64,000 bases of DNA, from positions 26,567-90,566 of the forward strand of contig JALUYA010000032.1 in assembly GCA_027018875.1 (NCBI GenBank), given 5' to 3'. Source of the stretch: Gammaproteobacteria bacterium. GTDB taxonomy: Bacteria > Pseudomonadota > Gammaproteobacteria > JAKDMP01. The notes under the pieces were generated by a model, which did no database searches, had not been told where the DNA came from, and saw only the letters and a program-made list of their open reading frames with translations. This document shows, piece by piece, positions 48,818-58,293 of this stretch (position 1 is its first letter; each line of letters starts with the position of its first letter). Position numbers and translations under genes: made by a program.

Positions 48818-50071
48818 TCAGCTCAGGCTCAGGATCGTCTGCAGAATCTGGTTCTCGGTCTTGATCGTCTTGGCGTTGGCCTGATAGGTCTGCTGCGCGG
48901 TGATCAGGTTCACCAGCGACTGGGTCAGGTCCACGTTCGAACTTTCCGTCGCCGAGGCCTTGATGGTGCCCAAGGCGCCCGCACCCGGAGTGCCGAGAAG
49001 CGGTGGCCCGGAATCGATGGAGGCCCCGAACAAGTTGTTACCCAGGGGGATCAACCCGGTCAGGCTGCGGAAATTCGCGAGCGCGACCTGCCCCAGGGTC
49101 TTGGACTGGCCGTTGCTGTAGTTCCCCTGCACGGTGCCGTCGGTACCGATACTAATGCCGCTCAGGGCGCCGGCCGCGTTGCCGTCGATGGCGAGATTGT
49201 TGACCGCGAACGGCTGGTCGAACAGGCGGCTGGAGGCGAAGTTCACCGCGATCGCCCCCGGCGTTGATCCATCGCCCCAGTTGATCGTCCCGGTGGAACC
49301 CGTGGTGGTTCCGGTGGGTTGGCCGCTACTGTTAAAAGTGAGTCCGCTGAGCAGGGTTCCACCGGAAGGCGTGTTGCCGCCGGTGCCATTATCCACCTGC
49401 CAGTTGACATTCCATTTATCGGGCGCGCCGGTACCGCCGCTGCCCTGCACCTTGGTGAAATACAGCGTGAGCAGGTGCGAAGTGCCGAGACTGTCATAGA
49501 CGGTCATCGAAGTCGAGTAGTTATAGCTGTTGGGATCGGCGGGGTTGAACGGATAAGTCGTGGTGTCAATGGCGCTCGCCGAGGCCTGCAGGTTGAGATT
49601 CGCGCCGACCTGGGCGGTCGCCTGCGGGGCGATCTGCCCGATCGGGATCTGCAAGGGTCCGAGGGCCCCGGAAACGACGCCGTTATTGGCCAGGTAGCCG
49701 CTCAACCGGGCGCCGTTGGCGTTGACGATATAGCCGTTGCTGTCGAGGTGAAACTGGCCATTGCGTGAATAGGCGACCCCCGTGCCCGTTACCAGGCGAA
49801 ACATGCCGCCGCCGTTGATCGCCAGGTAAAGCGGATTGGCGCTCGCCTGGATCGTCCCCTGGGCGAAATTCGGGTCGATGCCCGCCACCTGCACGCCCAA
49901 ACCGGCCTGGCTCCCGCCGCTGACCAGGCCGGAGGCCGCCGCAAACACATCGGCGAACAGCGTACTCGAGGACTTGAACCCCACCGTATTGGCATTGGCA
50001 ATATTATTGCCCAGGACCTGAAGATCCGTTGATGCGGCGTTCAATCCGCTCAATGCCGTTGAAAAACCCAT
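48818..50071 (-). CDS. flgE: flagellar hook protein FlgE
   Basis: 417 aa; MGFSTALSGLNAASTDLQVLGNNIANANTVGFKSS... and ...ESSNVDLTQSLVNLITAQQTYQANAKTIKTENQILQTIL. Confidence 0.9.
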   Translation of the reverse strand: MGFSTALSGLNAASTDLQVLGNNIANANTVGFKSSSTLFADVFAAASGLVSGGSQAGLGVQVAGIDPNFAQGTIQASANPLYLAINGGGMFRLVTGTGVAYSRNGQFHLDSNGYIVNANGARLSGYLANNGVVSGALGPLQIPIGQIAPQATAQVGANLNLQASASAIDTTTYPFNPADPNSYNYSTSMTVYDSLGTSHLLTLYFTKVQGSGGTGAPDKWNVNWQVDNGTGGNTPSGGTLLSGLTFNSSGQPTGTTTGSTGTINWGDGSTPGAIAVNFASSRLFDQPFAVNNLAIDGNAAGALSGISIGTDGTVQGNYSNGQSKTLGQVALANFRSLTGLIPLGNNLFGASIDSGPPLLGTPGAGALGTIKASATESSNVDLTQSLVNLITAQQTYQANAKTIKTENQILQTILSLS

Positions 50072-50087
50072 AGCAATCTCCCCTGAA

Positions 50088-50801
50088 TTAGAAAATAGTC
50101 GTTACCCGGTCCAGCGGCATCGCTCCGGGACGGTCGGAAAATACCAGCGTTACCCCACCGTTCGGCATGAACTGGACACTGCCCACCCGAGCCAGGCTTA
50201 AGGGCTGCACCGCCAAAAGTTTTCCCGAGTCATCGAACGCCTGCACCGAGAAGGTGTAGGTGCCGGGCGGTTGACCGGATCCGGGCCACTGGAACCGATG
50301 TGTCCCCGCGGCAACCGCGCCCAGCGCCTCCCGGCCCACCACCACGCCCTTTGCGTTCTGAATCGTGACCTGCACCTTCTGCGCCGCCGCCGGCAGCACA
50401 TAGGCCCCCGCCGCGGGTGCGCCGCTGCCGAGCCCCAGGCTGTTGCCGGACACGCCCACGTAATGGCCGATGAGCGCGGTGGCCCGGAGCCGATCGCTCG
50501 TGTTCAGATCCGCCTTCAGCCCTCCCACCGTGGCACTCAGCGAGCGCATTCCGCTGGCCGTACTCAGCTGTGCCAGCTCACTCATGAATTGGGTCGAATT
50601 CATCGGTGCCAGCGGATCCTGGTGGGAAAGCTGCGCCGTCAGCAGTTGAAAGAAATGGCCGGTACTCAAAAAACCCTGTCCGGATGTCTCCACCCCGGAG
50701 GCGGGGGAGCCGGAAGCCGCCGCCGCGGGCCGCCCTGCGACCGCCGCCGTCATGATGCCGCGAGCCCAGGCCGTATTCAATAATCCTGCCAGTCCACTCA
50801 T
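50088..50801 (-). CDS. flgD: flagellar hook assembly/cap protein FlgD
   Basis: 237 aa; FLQLLTAQLSHQDPLAPMNSTQFMSELAQLSTASGMRSL motif and C-terminal Ig/FN3-like region. Confidence 0.85.
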   Translation of the reverse strand: MSGLAGLLNTAWARGIMTAAVAGRPAAAASGSPASGVETSGQGFLSTGHFFQLLTAQLSHQDPLAPMNSTQFMSELAQLSTASGMRSLSATVGGLKADLNTSDRLRATALIGHYVGVSGNSLGLGSGAPAAGAYVLPAAAQKVQVTIQNAKGVVVGREALGAVAAGTHRFQWPGSGQPPGTYTFSVQAFDDSGKLLAVQPLSLARVGSVQFMPNGGVTLVFSDRPGAMPLDRVTTIF

Positions 50802-50816
50802 TAATATTTCTCCCGT

Positions 50817-51224
50817 TTACAAGGTCAAGGTCTTCAGGAACAAGGCCTTGGCCGCATTCATCACATTCGCATTGGCCTTGTAACTGCGCGAGGCCGCGAT
50901 CATATTGATCATTTCGTCCACCAGGTTGACGTTGGGATAGGTCACGTACCCCTTGGCATCCGCCAACGGGTTTCCCGGTTCATAGACCCGGCGCATGGGG
51001 GCCCGGCTCAGCGTTACCCCGGCGACCCGCACGCCCTCGGCCCCCGGCGCCGCATCCGGCCCCACCGGGGCGGCCTGAAACACCACCTCGCGGGCGCGAT
51101 AGGGTCGGCCGTTCGCGGAAGTCAGGCTATCGGCATTGGCCAGGTTGCTGGCCACCACCGAGAGGCGGTAAGTCTGGGCGCTCATGGCGGAACCGGCAAT
51201 AGAAAAAATACTTTCCAGGCCCAT
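50817..51224 (-). CDS. flgC: flagellar basal-body rod protein FlgC
   Basis: 135 aa; [29 protein letters not shown]...[41 protein letters not shown]. Confidence 0.95.
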   Translation of the reverse strand: MGLESIFSIAGSAMSAQTYRLSVVASNLANADSLTSANGRPYRAREVVFQAAPVGPDAAPGAEGVRVAGVTLSRAPMRRVYEPGNPLADAKGYVTYPNVNLVDEMINMIAASRSYKANANVMNAAKALFLKTLTL

Positions 51225-51225
51225 A

Positions 51226-51633
51226 TCAGCTCCCCCGGATCGCCAGGCGCAGCGTTTTGATGCGCCCGATGAGAAAGGTCAGATCCGCCTCGTAGGCGAG
51301 TGCATTGGCGCTGAAACGCGCTTCCGCTTGCGCCAGGTCCACGTTATTCCCATCGATGCCCATGGCTTGCCCCGTGCGGTACCCCACGAACGCCGCCTCG
51401 GGGTTCGTCCCCAGGCCCGGCAACTGCCCGGGTTGGGTCCGCCGCAGCGCCAAAGTGCCTCCGCCACCGTTGCGCTCGGCGGCCAGCGTGCGGGCAAAAT
51501 CCAGATCCCGCGCCTTGTAGTTCGGCGTGTCCGCATTGGCGATATTGGCCGCCAACAGCCCTTGCCGGTAAGCACGTAGCTCCAGGGCCGGCGCCAACGG
51601 ACGAAATACCGCATCGAGCAGGGAAACCGTCAT
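51226..51633 (-). CDS. flgB: flagellar basal-body rod protein FlgB
   Basis: [46 protein letters not shown]...; ORF opens at 51978 but FlgB homology and an AAGG RBS support ATG 51631-51633 (alt 51648). Confidence 0.9.
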   Translation of the reverse strand: MTVSLLDAVFRPLAPALELRAYRQGLLAANIANADTPNYKARDLDFARTLAAERNGGGGTLALRRTQPGQLPGLGTNPEAAFVGYRTGQAMGIDGNNVDLAQAEARFSANALAYEADLTFLIGRIKTLRLAIRGS

Positions 51634-51664
51634 CCAGAATGCCTTCATTACCCACCCAAAGAAC

Positions 51665-51680
51665 AGCAAGATACATGCCA
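51665..51680 (-). promoter_or_regulatory. putative sigma54 (RpoN) -24/-12 promoter for flgBCDE...
   Basis: Minus strand reads TGGCAT-GTATC-TTGCT (GG-N10-GC spacing correct), -12 element ~34 nt upstream of flgB ATG 51633. Confidence 0.5.
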
Positions 51681-51823
51681 TAGCCACGAACCGCGGTTCC
51701 TCCCGCGGAGAGGGGATTTTCCGCCGAGCGGGCCCACCCCGACCCGGCATGAATTGGCCGCCGGCACGACCGGTTCTTGCCGCCCGACGGCACCGCGGCC
51801 CAGGAACCGACTCTCCCATGAAC

Positions 51824-51839
51824 CGGCACGGATCTTGCT
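51824..51839 (+). promoter_or_regulatory. putative sigma54 (RpoN) -24/-12 promoter for flgA(-flgMN)
   Basis: cGGCACG-GATC-TTGCT on plus strand (matches TGGCACG-N4-TTGCW), -12 GC ~37 nt upstream of flgA ATG 51875. Confidence 0.5.
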
Positions 51840-51874
51840 TCAATTTATCTGGATCACCCGAGTAGGAAATAAGC

Positions 51875-52603
51875 ATGCTCACGCAGCCGCACTCCAGGGC
51901 TCGTCCGGTCCGGATGATATTGGCGGCGCTTGCCGTCCTGGCCGCGGCACCCGCGGCCGCGGCCTTGCCCGCGGGCACGAATCAAAACCTCACCGCCCTG
52001 ACCCGGGCGGCCGCCCGCTGGCTGCGCCGGCAACCCCACCTGAAGGAGGGAAAACGCCGCATTCGCATTCAGCCACCGGATCCGCGGTTGAATCTTCCCC
52101 GTTGTTCCGGCCCGGAGTTCAGCCTGCTCAATCCCGCCGCAGCGGGGCCTCGCATCACCATCCGGGTGCGCTGCCCTCGCCCTGCCTGGCAACTGTTCTT
52201 GAACGCCCGGGTCACCACCTGGGTGCCGGTTGTGGTGGCTCGGCGGGCGCTGGGCGTGGGCATGCGGATCACTCGTGGCGACATCGAAGTGCTCGAACGC
52301 CCCCTGCGCACGCTGCCGCCGAGCCCGCTGTCCCGCCCGGCACAGGCCCTGGGGCGGATCATCCGCATCGGCCTGGCTCCCGGCATGGCCCTGGGCGCGG
52401 CGGCGCTCGCCTCGCCGCTGCTGATCCGCCCGGGCGAGCGGCTCAGGATCGTGGCCGCCGCGGATGGGTTGCGGGTGAGCATGGCCGGGATCGCCATGCA
52501 GGCGGGACGGCGCGGTGCACGCATTCTCGTCCGCAACGCCTCCAGCGGGCGGGTGCTGCGCGCCACCGTAACCGGTCCTCACCGGGTTCGGGTTGGATTT
52601 TGA
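51875..52603 (+). CDS. flgA: flagellar basal-body P-ring formation chaperone FlgA
   Basis: Signal peptide (MILAALAVLAAAPAAAA), C-terminal SAF-like region GERLRIVAAADGLRVSMAGIAMQAGRRGARILVRNASSGRVLRATV typical of FlgA; AGGAAA RBS. Confidence 0.8.
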   Translation: MLTQPHSRARPVRMILAALAVLAAAPAAAALPAGTNQNLTALTRAAARWLRRQPHLKEGKRRIRIQPPDPRLNLPRCSGPEFSLLNPAAAGPRITIRVRCPRPAWQLFLNARVTTWVPVVVARRALGVGMRITRGDIEVLERPLRTLPPSPLSRPAQALGRIIRIGLAPGMALGAAALASPLLIRPGERLRIVAAADGLRVSMAGIAMQAGRRGARILVRNASSGRVLRATVTGPHRVRVGF

Positions 52604-52735
52604 CCGCAACCGCATCCTCCCACCCGGATAGCGCTGGCACTTCGCCTCAACACCGCGTACACTGGTCTTGGCCTTCTTGACTCCCCTTCACGGTAACGAT
52701 TCAATTCACCCTGAAGGGGGGATGGGAATGCCGGC

Positions 52736-52762
52736 TAAAGTCTGTTTCGATCGTGCCGTTTC
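52736..52762 (+). promoter_or_regulatory. putative sigma28 (FliA) class III promoter for flgMN
   Basis: TAAAGTCT-N11-GCCGTTTC (consensus TAAAGTTT-N11-GCCGATAA) ending ~28 nt before flgM TTG start. Confidence 0.5.
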
Positions 52763-52789
52763 CCATTGTGAACGGAGGAGAAAACCACC

Positions 52790-53110
52790 TTGTCACGCAT
52801 AGATCTCGTCAACGAACTGCTCCAGAGCGGTTCCGTCCGCACCCAGGCGAAATCCGCACGGCCCGCCACCACCGCCAAGGCCCGCGGTGATGCCCCGGGG
52901 CACAAATCCGGCGTGGAAATCCAGCTTTCGGCGGCGGCGCATCAACTGGTGGCAAACCAGGGAGCCCCGCTGGACAGCCGGCACGTCGAGGCCGTCCGCG
53001 CCGCGATGCAACAAGGCCGATACCTCATCGACAGCGCCGCCCTCGCCCGGAAGATGACCACCACCATCCTGGAAACTCTCGGGCTCCCAGGGGAAAGCGG
53101 TTCGTCATGA
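52790..53110 (+). CDS. flgM: anti-sigma-28 factor FlgM
   Basis: 106 aa from TTG with GGAGGAG RBS 9 nt upstream; C-terminal VEAVRAAMQQGRYLIDSAALARKM matches FlgM sigma28-binding helix. Confidence 0.75.
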   Translation: MSRIDLVNELLQSGSVRTQAKSARPATTAKARGDAPGHKSGVEIQLSAAAHQLVANQGAPLDSRHVEAVRAAMQQGRYLIDSAALARKMTTTILETLGLPGESGSS

Positions 53111-53508
53111 CCTCCCGCCGTCTCCGCCCGGAACACCGCGAAGGATTGCTGGCGCTGGAGCAGATGCTGGAGGCGGAACGCGTGGCCCTGGTCAACGCCG
53201 ATTATGACCGGCTGCAAAGCCTTTCCGAGGAGAAGATCCGCCTGCTGGGATGGCTGGAAAAGATTCTCGGCGAGGAATTTTCCGGCGACGATGTACTCGC
53301 CGGCGACACCGACTGGAAACAATTTCTCGGCGCGCTGGCCGAAGCCCGGCAGAAGAACCGGGAAAACGGCGCCCTTATCAGCCGCATGCAGGACTTTGTC
53401 CGCGAAGCCCTGGCGGTATTGCGGGGAACGGACGGCGACAGCGCCTACGATGCGCACGGAAGCGCCGACCAGGCCTGCATAAAAAGCCACACCCTGGGCC
53501 GGGCCTGA
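53107..53508 (+). CDS. flgN: flagellar export chaperone FlgN
   Basis: 133 aa; LLALEQMLEAERVALVNADYDRLQSLSEEKIRLLGWL... FlgN family pattern; overlaps flgM stop and csrA start. Confidence 0.7.
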   Translation: MTSRRLRPEHREGLLALEQMLEAERVALVNADYDRLQSLSEEKIRLLGWLEKILGEEFSGDDVLAGDTDWKQFLGALAEARQKNRENGALISRMQDFVREALAVLRGTDGDSAYDAHGSADQACIKSHTLGRA

Positions 53509-53738
53509 TGTTTGTACTCAGCCGCAGGATCGGCGAAGCCATTCGCATCGGCGACATCCGGGTGGTCGTTACCCGCATCTCGGGAAAACAGGTGCGGCTG
53601 GGGTTTAAAACCCCCACCGGGCTGCGGGCGTACCGGGCGGAGCTGTATGCCGCCATCGAGGCCGATAACCGCGCCGCGCAACGCGTCACCCCCCAACTAC
53701 TGGATTACTGGACGAAACATGACAACGCAACGGATTGA
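53508..53738 (+). CDS. csrA: carbon storage regulator CsrA (flagellar-type, FliW-partnered)
   Basis: 76 aa MFVLSRRIGEAIRIGDIRVVVTRISGKQVRLGFKTPTGLRAYRAELYAAIE... vs canonical MLVLTRRVGETLMIGD...; ATG overlaps flgN stop (TGATG); extended C-terminus. Confidence 0.85.
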   Translation: MFVLSRRIGEAIRIGDIRVVVTRISGKQVRLGFKTPTGLRAYRAELYAAIEADNRAAQRVTPQLLDYWTKHDNATD

Positions 53739-54189
53739 GACGGCCTTCGGCCCCATCGAAGTACGGCCCGGGCAGCTTTGGAGCATCGCCGGCAGCCTGG
53801 CCGGGTTTCCCGAACTGCGTCATTTCGTGTTGCTCGATGTCGCCTGCCACCGGCCGTTGGTCTGGCTCCAGGCCATTGAAGACCCGTCGGTCTGCTTCGC
53901 CCTTGCCGCCCCGGCGACCTTTTCCCTGGCCTACCCGCCGGTACCCACCGAAGCCTTGTTCGGAACGCCCGCCGCCGAGACCCTGCTGATGCTGATGGTT
54001 ATCCTGGAGCGGCAGGGCCAAGGCCGGATCGTGCCCCAGCCACATCGCCTGGCCCCCTTGTGTTTCGACCTGCGGCGCAAGCGCCTGACCCAGTGGATTC
54101 TCGCCAACCCCCGGGCAGTTACCACCATCACTTTCCCCGTGACGCAAGTCCCCGCGCCGCCGCTGGAACCCATCGCCGTCAACGCCTAG
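53720..54189 (+). CDS. fliW: flagellar assembly factor FliW
   Basis: 156 aa MTTQRIETAFGPIEVRPGQLWSIAGSLAGFPELRHFVLLDVA...PLVWLQAIEDPSVCFALAAPATF matches FliW (DUF180); overlaps csrA 3' end by 19 nt. Confidence 0.8.
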
Positions 54190-54208
54190 GCGCGGCAATA
54201 GGTACCGG

Positions 54209-55315
54209 CTAATCCGTTTCCCCGCCGCGGCGATCCACCGTGGCTACCCGTCCCATCCGGGCAAAACCCATCACCGCCGCCCCCATGCGCTCCAGCGGCA
54301 ACACGGCCTCGGCCCCCCCCTTCTCGATGCCCGCGCGCGGCATGCCGAACACCACCGAGCTGGCCTCATCCTGGGCCAGCGTATGCGCCCCGGTGCGGCG
54401 CAACGCCAGCAACCCCGCGGCGCCGTCCGCCCCCATCCCCGTCAACAACAGTGCCAACATATTGGCCCCGCCGCCAACGCGGGCCGCGGAATGAAACAGG
54501 ACATCGACCGAAGGCCGGTGGCGGTTGACCGGCGGGGAATCCTCCAACCGAACCCGATAATTCCTCCCGCTACGCTGGATCAGCAAATGCCGGTCTCCCG
54601 GCGCGATCAGCACCCGCCCCGGCAAAAGCTGGTCGCCGGATTGCGCCTCGTCCACCTCCATGGCACACAAATGATCCAGCCGTTCCGCCAGCGCCTTGGT
54701 GAAGTACGCGGGCATGTGTTGCACGATGGCCAGGGGGGGGCACTGTGCCGGCAAGTCGCCCAACAACCTCTCGATCGCCTGCACCCCCCCGGTCGAGGTG
54801 CCGATCAGCACGATACGCTCGGCACCGGGCCGGGGGCCCGTCGCCGCCGGGAGCCGCCGGGGGAGAGGCCGCGGCGCCTGCCCGCGCGGCGCAACCGCCA
54901 CGGACGAGGGGAGATTCGCCTGGGCCGCCGCCTTGATCGTGGCCACCAGTTCCGGGCCCTGGCGCTGGAAAAACTCCTGGAGCCCCGAGTGCGGCTTCGC
55001 CACCGTGGCAAAGGCGCCGTTCGCCAGGGCCTCCAGGGTGGCCCGCGCGCCGGTCTGGGTCAACGAGGAACAGATCACCACGGGGGTAGGCCGATCCCGC
55101 ATCAATCGCTTGAGAAAAGTCAACCCGTCCATGCGCGGCATTTCCAGGTCGAGCACGATCACATCCGGCCACTGCCGCGCCAGGTACCGCTCGGCAAAAA
55201 TAGGGTCGGCGGCGGCGCCCAAGACTTCCAGCCCGGGATCGGCGCCCAGCAACCGCCCGAACGCCCGGCGGAGCAACGCCGAATCGTCGATGATCAACAC
55301 CCCTATCTTGCTCAT
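54209..55315 (-). CDS. cheB: chemotaxis response regulator protein-glutamate methylesterase CheB
   Basis: [17 protein letters not shown]...[14 protein letters not shown] receiver domain plus methylesterase domain ([24 protein letters not shown], catalytic Ser/His/Asp context); AAAGAGG RBS. Confidence 0.9.
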   Translation of the reverse strand: MSKIGVLIIDDSALLRRAFGRLLGADPGLEVLGAAADPIFAERYLARQWPDVIVLDLEMPRMDGLTFLKRLMRDRPTPVVICSSLTQTGARATLEALANGAFATVAKPHSGLQEFFQRQGPELVATIKAAAQANLPSSVAVAPRGQAPRPLPRRLPAATGPRPGAERIVLIGTSTGGVQAIERLLGDLPAQCPPLAIVQHMPAYFTKALAERLDHLCAMEVDEAQSGDQLLPGRVLIAPGDRHLLIQRSGRNYRVRLEDSPPVNRHRPSVDVLFHSAARVGGGANMLALLLTGMGADGAAGLLALRRTGAHTLAQDEASSVVFGMPRAGIEKGGAEAVLPLERMGAAVMGFARMGRVATVDRRGGETD

Positions 55316-55440
55316 GGGCACCTCTTTCTTTGTCTTTCATCATATCATTGCCCCGGGGCCGAGGCCCCGGCGCAGCGCCGCCTCAAGTTCCGCCGGGCCG
55401 TGACGTAAAGGAGAACAGGTTTCCTCACCCCCTCCGTCTC

Positions 55441-57063
55441 ATGCAGTGGATTCACAACCTCGGCTTTCGCACCAAGCTATTCATCCCCAACCTGCTCGCC
55501 ATCGCCGCCATGATCGCGGGGCTGGCGCTCGCGGTTTACATGATTCACTCGGTGGAAGGCAGGATGCTGAAACTCCACGCCACCACCGAAACGGCCATGA
55601 TAGACATCGTGGCAGTCTCCCACGACACCCGGGTGCTGGGCCAACTGATCCGCGCCGCCAACTTCAGCGCCAGCTCGGGGCAGCTCAGCGCCCGCCAGGC
55701 CCGGGCCCGGCGCGAGGCCCTGGCCGATCTGCCCCGCCGGATACAATCCCTGCGCACGGTATTCAAGGGCACCTCCCTGGATGCCCGGGCCGACTCCCTG
55801 GCAACGGCGGCCGACACCGCCCGGCGGACCGCGATCGCCGCGCTCGCCGCCAGCAAGAGCGTCGGCGCGGCGGCCCTGCTGCGCGCCCAGGCCAGCGCCG
55901 CCGCCGGAAATGCCTTCGACAAGGCGGCCCAAACCTTCATGGGCCAACTGGACCGTTTCATAGCCGCCAGGGTGGCCGCCGAAAGGGCCTCTGTGCGCGA
56001 CAATATCGCCCTGCTGCTGGTTCTCGCCGGGATCATGATCGTGGTGCTGCTGGGGATCGCCTACCTGCTGAGCCGCCTGATCACCCGGCCCCTGGCGACC
56101 GCGGTGCGGGTCTCCGAATCCCTGGCCAACGGCGACCTCGGCGCCGAGGTCAGAGTATTGGGCCGCGATGAAATGAGCCGCCTGATGCAGTCGATTCAAA
56201 ACATGACCGCCCGCCTGCGCGAGACCATCCGCAAGCTGCAGGCCACCGCCGTGGATGCCGGCGGCAGCGCCCAGCAGGTCGCCGCCGCGACCGAGGTTAT
56301 CTCCCAGGGCGCCACCGAACAGGCCGCCAGCGTCGAGGAGACCAGCGCCTCGACCGAGGAGATGTCGGCCTCGGTCAACCAGAATGCCGATAATGCCCGC
56401 GCCGCCGAGACCAACGCCGTGCGTGTGGCGGAGAAGGCGGAACAGGCCGCACAAGCCACCGAAGGCGCCCTGGAAGCCATCCGCACCATCGCCAAGAAGA
56501 TCGGCCTGGTCGATGAGATCGCCTCCCAGACCAACCTCCTGGCGCTCAATGCCGCGATCGAGGCGGCGCGCGCGGGGGAGTCCGGCAAGGGCTTTGCGGT
56601 GGTCGCCGAGGAGGTTCGCAAACTCGCCGAACGCAGCCGCTCGGCGGCCCAGGAGATCAATGCCCTGGCCGGGGAAACCGTCGGCAAGGCCGAAAACACG
56701 ACCGGGTTGATTCAGGGCATGCTCGATGATATTCGCAAGAACCGGGATCTCACCCAGGAGATCGCCGCCGCCTCCGAGGAACAGTCCACCGGCCTGTCGC
56801 AAATTACGACTGCCATTGCCCAAATCAACCAGGCGGTACAGCAAAACGCGCAGACGGCCAACCAACTGGCCGCCACGGCGGGTACGCTGCGCCACCAGGC
56901 CGAGGAGATTACCCACCAGGTCGGCTTCTTTCGCCTCCCCGGATCCGAGCCGAATGCGCCCGCCCCATCCGCCTCCATGCCGCGTAACGCTCCCCCGGCG
57001 CCGCCGCGGCCGCATCCATCCGAACTCGCCGCCGACCGGGAAGCCGATTTCGTCAGCTTTTAA
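55441..57063 (+). CDS. methyl-accepting chemotaxis protein with 2 TM helices, HAMP, and C-terminal DFVSF pentapeptide-like tail
   Basis: Highly conserved MCP signalling hairpin [37 protein letters not shown]; methylation heptads; ORF opens at 55330 (TTG) but start taken at ATG 55441 just before TM1. Confidence 0.85.
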   Translation: MQWIHNLGFRTKLFIPNLLAIAAMIAGLALAVYMIHSVEGRMLKLHATTETAMIDIVAVSHDTRVLGQLIRAANFSASSGQLSARQARARREALADLPRRIQSLRTVFKGTSLDARADSLATAADTARRTAIAALAASKSVGAAALLRAQASAAAGNAFDKAAQTFMGQLDRFIAARVAAERASVRDNIALLLVLAGIMIVVLLGIAYLLSRLITRPLATAVRVSESLANGDLGAEVRVLGRDEMSRLMQSIQNMTARLRETIRKLQATAVDAGGSAQQVAAATEVISQGATEQAASVEETSASTEEMSASVNQNADNARAAETNAVRVAEKAEQAAQATEGALEAIRTIAKKIGLVDEIASQTNLLALNAAIEAARAGESGKGFAVVAEEVRKLAERSRSAAQEINALAGETVGKAENTTGLIQGMLDDIRKNRDLTQEIAAASEEQSTGLSQITTAIAQINQAVQQNAQTANQLAATAGTLRHQAEEITHQVGFFRLPGSEPNAPAPSASMPRNAPPAPPRPHPSELAADREADFVSF

Positions 57064-57272
57064 CGGCTGGGGGACCCTTATAATGGAGCCGGGTTGCCAT
57101 GGAGATTCAAACTCTGTGTTTTTTGCTCCCGGTGAAACCGCGGCGACCCGGCCCCCGACAAGCCTGAACGAACCCATGACTCCCGGGCGCGCGAGTCATG
57201 GCTGAATCCCCGTCGCCGGGCCCCCTCACCCATCAGAAAACGCTCGCCCGGGGCCAGCCGCCCCCCGCGGCC

Positions 57273-58070
57273 ATGACGGAGAACGAATTCCAGCGGTTCC
57301 AGGCGCTGTTCGCGCAAACCCTGGGGCTGAGCTTCACCTCCGAAAAACGGGACCTGTTGACGCTGCGCCTCGCACCCCGGCTGGCCGCGCTGGGGCTGAG
57401 GGATTACACCGCCTACCATGCCCTTATCGCCCGCCCCGAGGCCCGGGAAGAACGCCTGCGCGCCTTCGATCTGGTGACCACCCACGAAACCTGGTTCTTC
57501 CGCGAGATCCGCCATTTCGATTACCTGCGTGAGCAGGCCTCGGAATGGCCGCTGGACCGCAAGCTGCGCGTCTGGGACGCCGCCTGCTCGAGCGGCGAGG
57601 AGGCCTATTCCATCGCCATGACCCTGGCCGAGGTCATGGGAACCCACCGCAAACGCTGGGAACTGCTCGCGAGCGACATCAGCCACCCCTGCCTCCAGGC
57701 GGCCCGCCACGGCAAGTACCCGCTCGGGCGCGGAAAAGATATCCCTCAGCGCCACCTGGAACGTTTTTGCCTCAAGGGAGTCCACTCCCAGGAGGGCCAA
57801 TTCTGCATCCGCCGCGAACTGCGCGATACCGTTCACTTCAAGTTGATCAACCTGGTCGAGCCGCTACCCTTGCTCTCCCCATTCGACATGATCTTCCTGC
57901 GCAACACGCTCATCTACATGAACCCGGCCGTGCGAACCTCGATCGTTACCGCATTGACCTCGCGGCTTGCTCCCGACGGCATTCTGTTCATCAGCCACAC
58001 CGAAAGCCTTCAAGGCCTGGGCCTGAAATTTCGCCTGCTCCAACCGGGAATCTACTGCCGTGATTACTGA
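57273..58070 (+). CDS. cheR: chemotaxis protein methyltransferase CheR
   Basis: FQRFQALFAQTLGLSFTSEKRDLLTLRLAPRLAALGL...ETWFFRE...RVWDAACSSGEEAYSIAM...; alternative upstream start 57198 adds a Pro-rich 25 aa. Confidence 0.8.
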   Translation: MTENEFQRFQALFAQTLGLSFTSEKRDLLTLRLAPRLAALGLRDYTAYHALIARPEAREERLRAFDLVTTHETWFFREIRHFDYLREQASEWPLDRKLRVWDAACSSGEEAYSIAMTLAEVMGTHRKRWELLASDISHPCLQAARHGKYPLGRGKDIPQRHLERFCLKGVHSQEGQFCIRRELRDTVHFKLINLVEPLPLLSPFDMIFLRNTLIYMNPAVRTSIVTALTSRLAPDGILFISHTESLQGLGLKFRLLQPGIYCRDY

Positions 58071-58197
58071 TACAAACATCGCCCGGGCCCCCCGGATCCC
58101 GCCGGGACGATGAGCTGGAGATCGGCCCGGCGCACCCCGGGACCCTATAGCCGAACCGCAATCGGCAACCACCCGGAAACCCCTTTATAATGAACTG

Positions 58198-58249
58198 GAA
58201 GCCATTGCCTCCAAGACCGGGTGCCACCGCCGGGCCCGGCAATGGCTTC
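58198..58249 (+). repeat. perfect 12-bp inverted repeat (GAAGCCATTGCC ... GGCAATGGCTTC) with 28-nt GC-rich spacer, in cheR-fliM intergenic region
   Basis: Read directly: 58198-58209 is the exact reverse complement of 58238-58249; lies ~45 nt upstream of the fliM-like start, just after a TATAAT hexamer (58186-58191). Confidence 0.5.
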
Positions 58250-58293
58250 ACCACCACCGGGACGGGGAGACTCTTGAGGCGGATGATCTGGAA

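Noticed and set aside
52630-52650. TGGCAC hexamer at the flgA 3' end, looking like a sigma54 -24 element
   Set aside because: No GC at the -12 position with correct spacing (GG-N10 gives CA). The site also lies inside or at the end of flgA coding sequence.
57090-57130. T-rich run (tgtgttttttgctc) after the MCP as a rho-independent terminator
   Set aside because: No convincing GC-rich stem immediately precedes the T-run. It could still attenuate transcription, but it is not callable.
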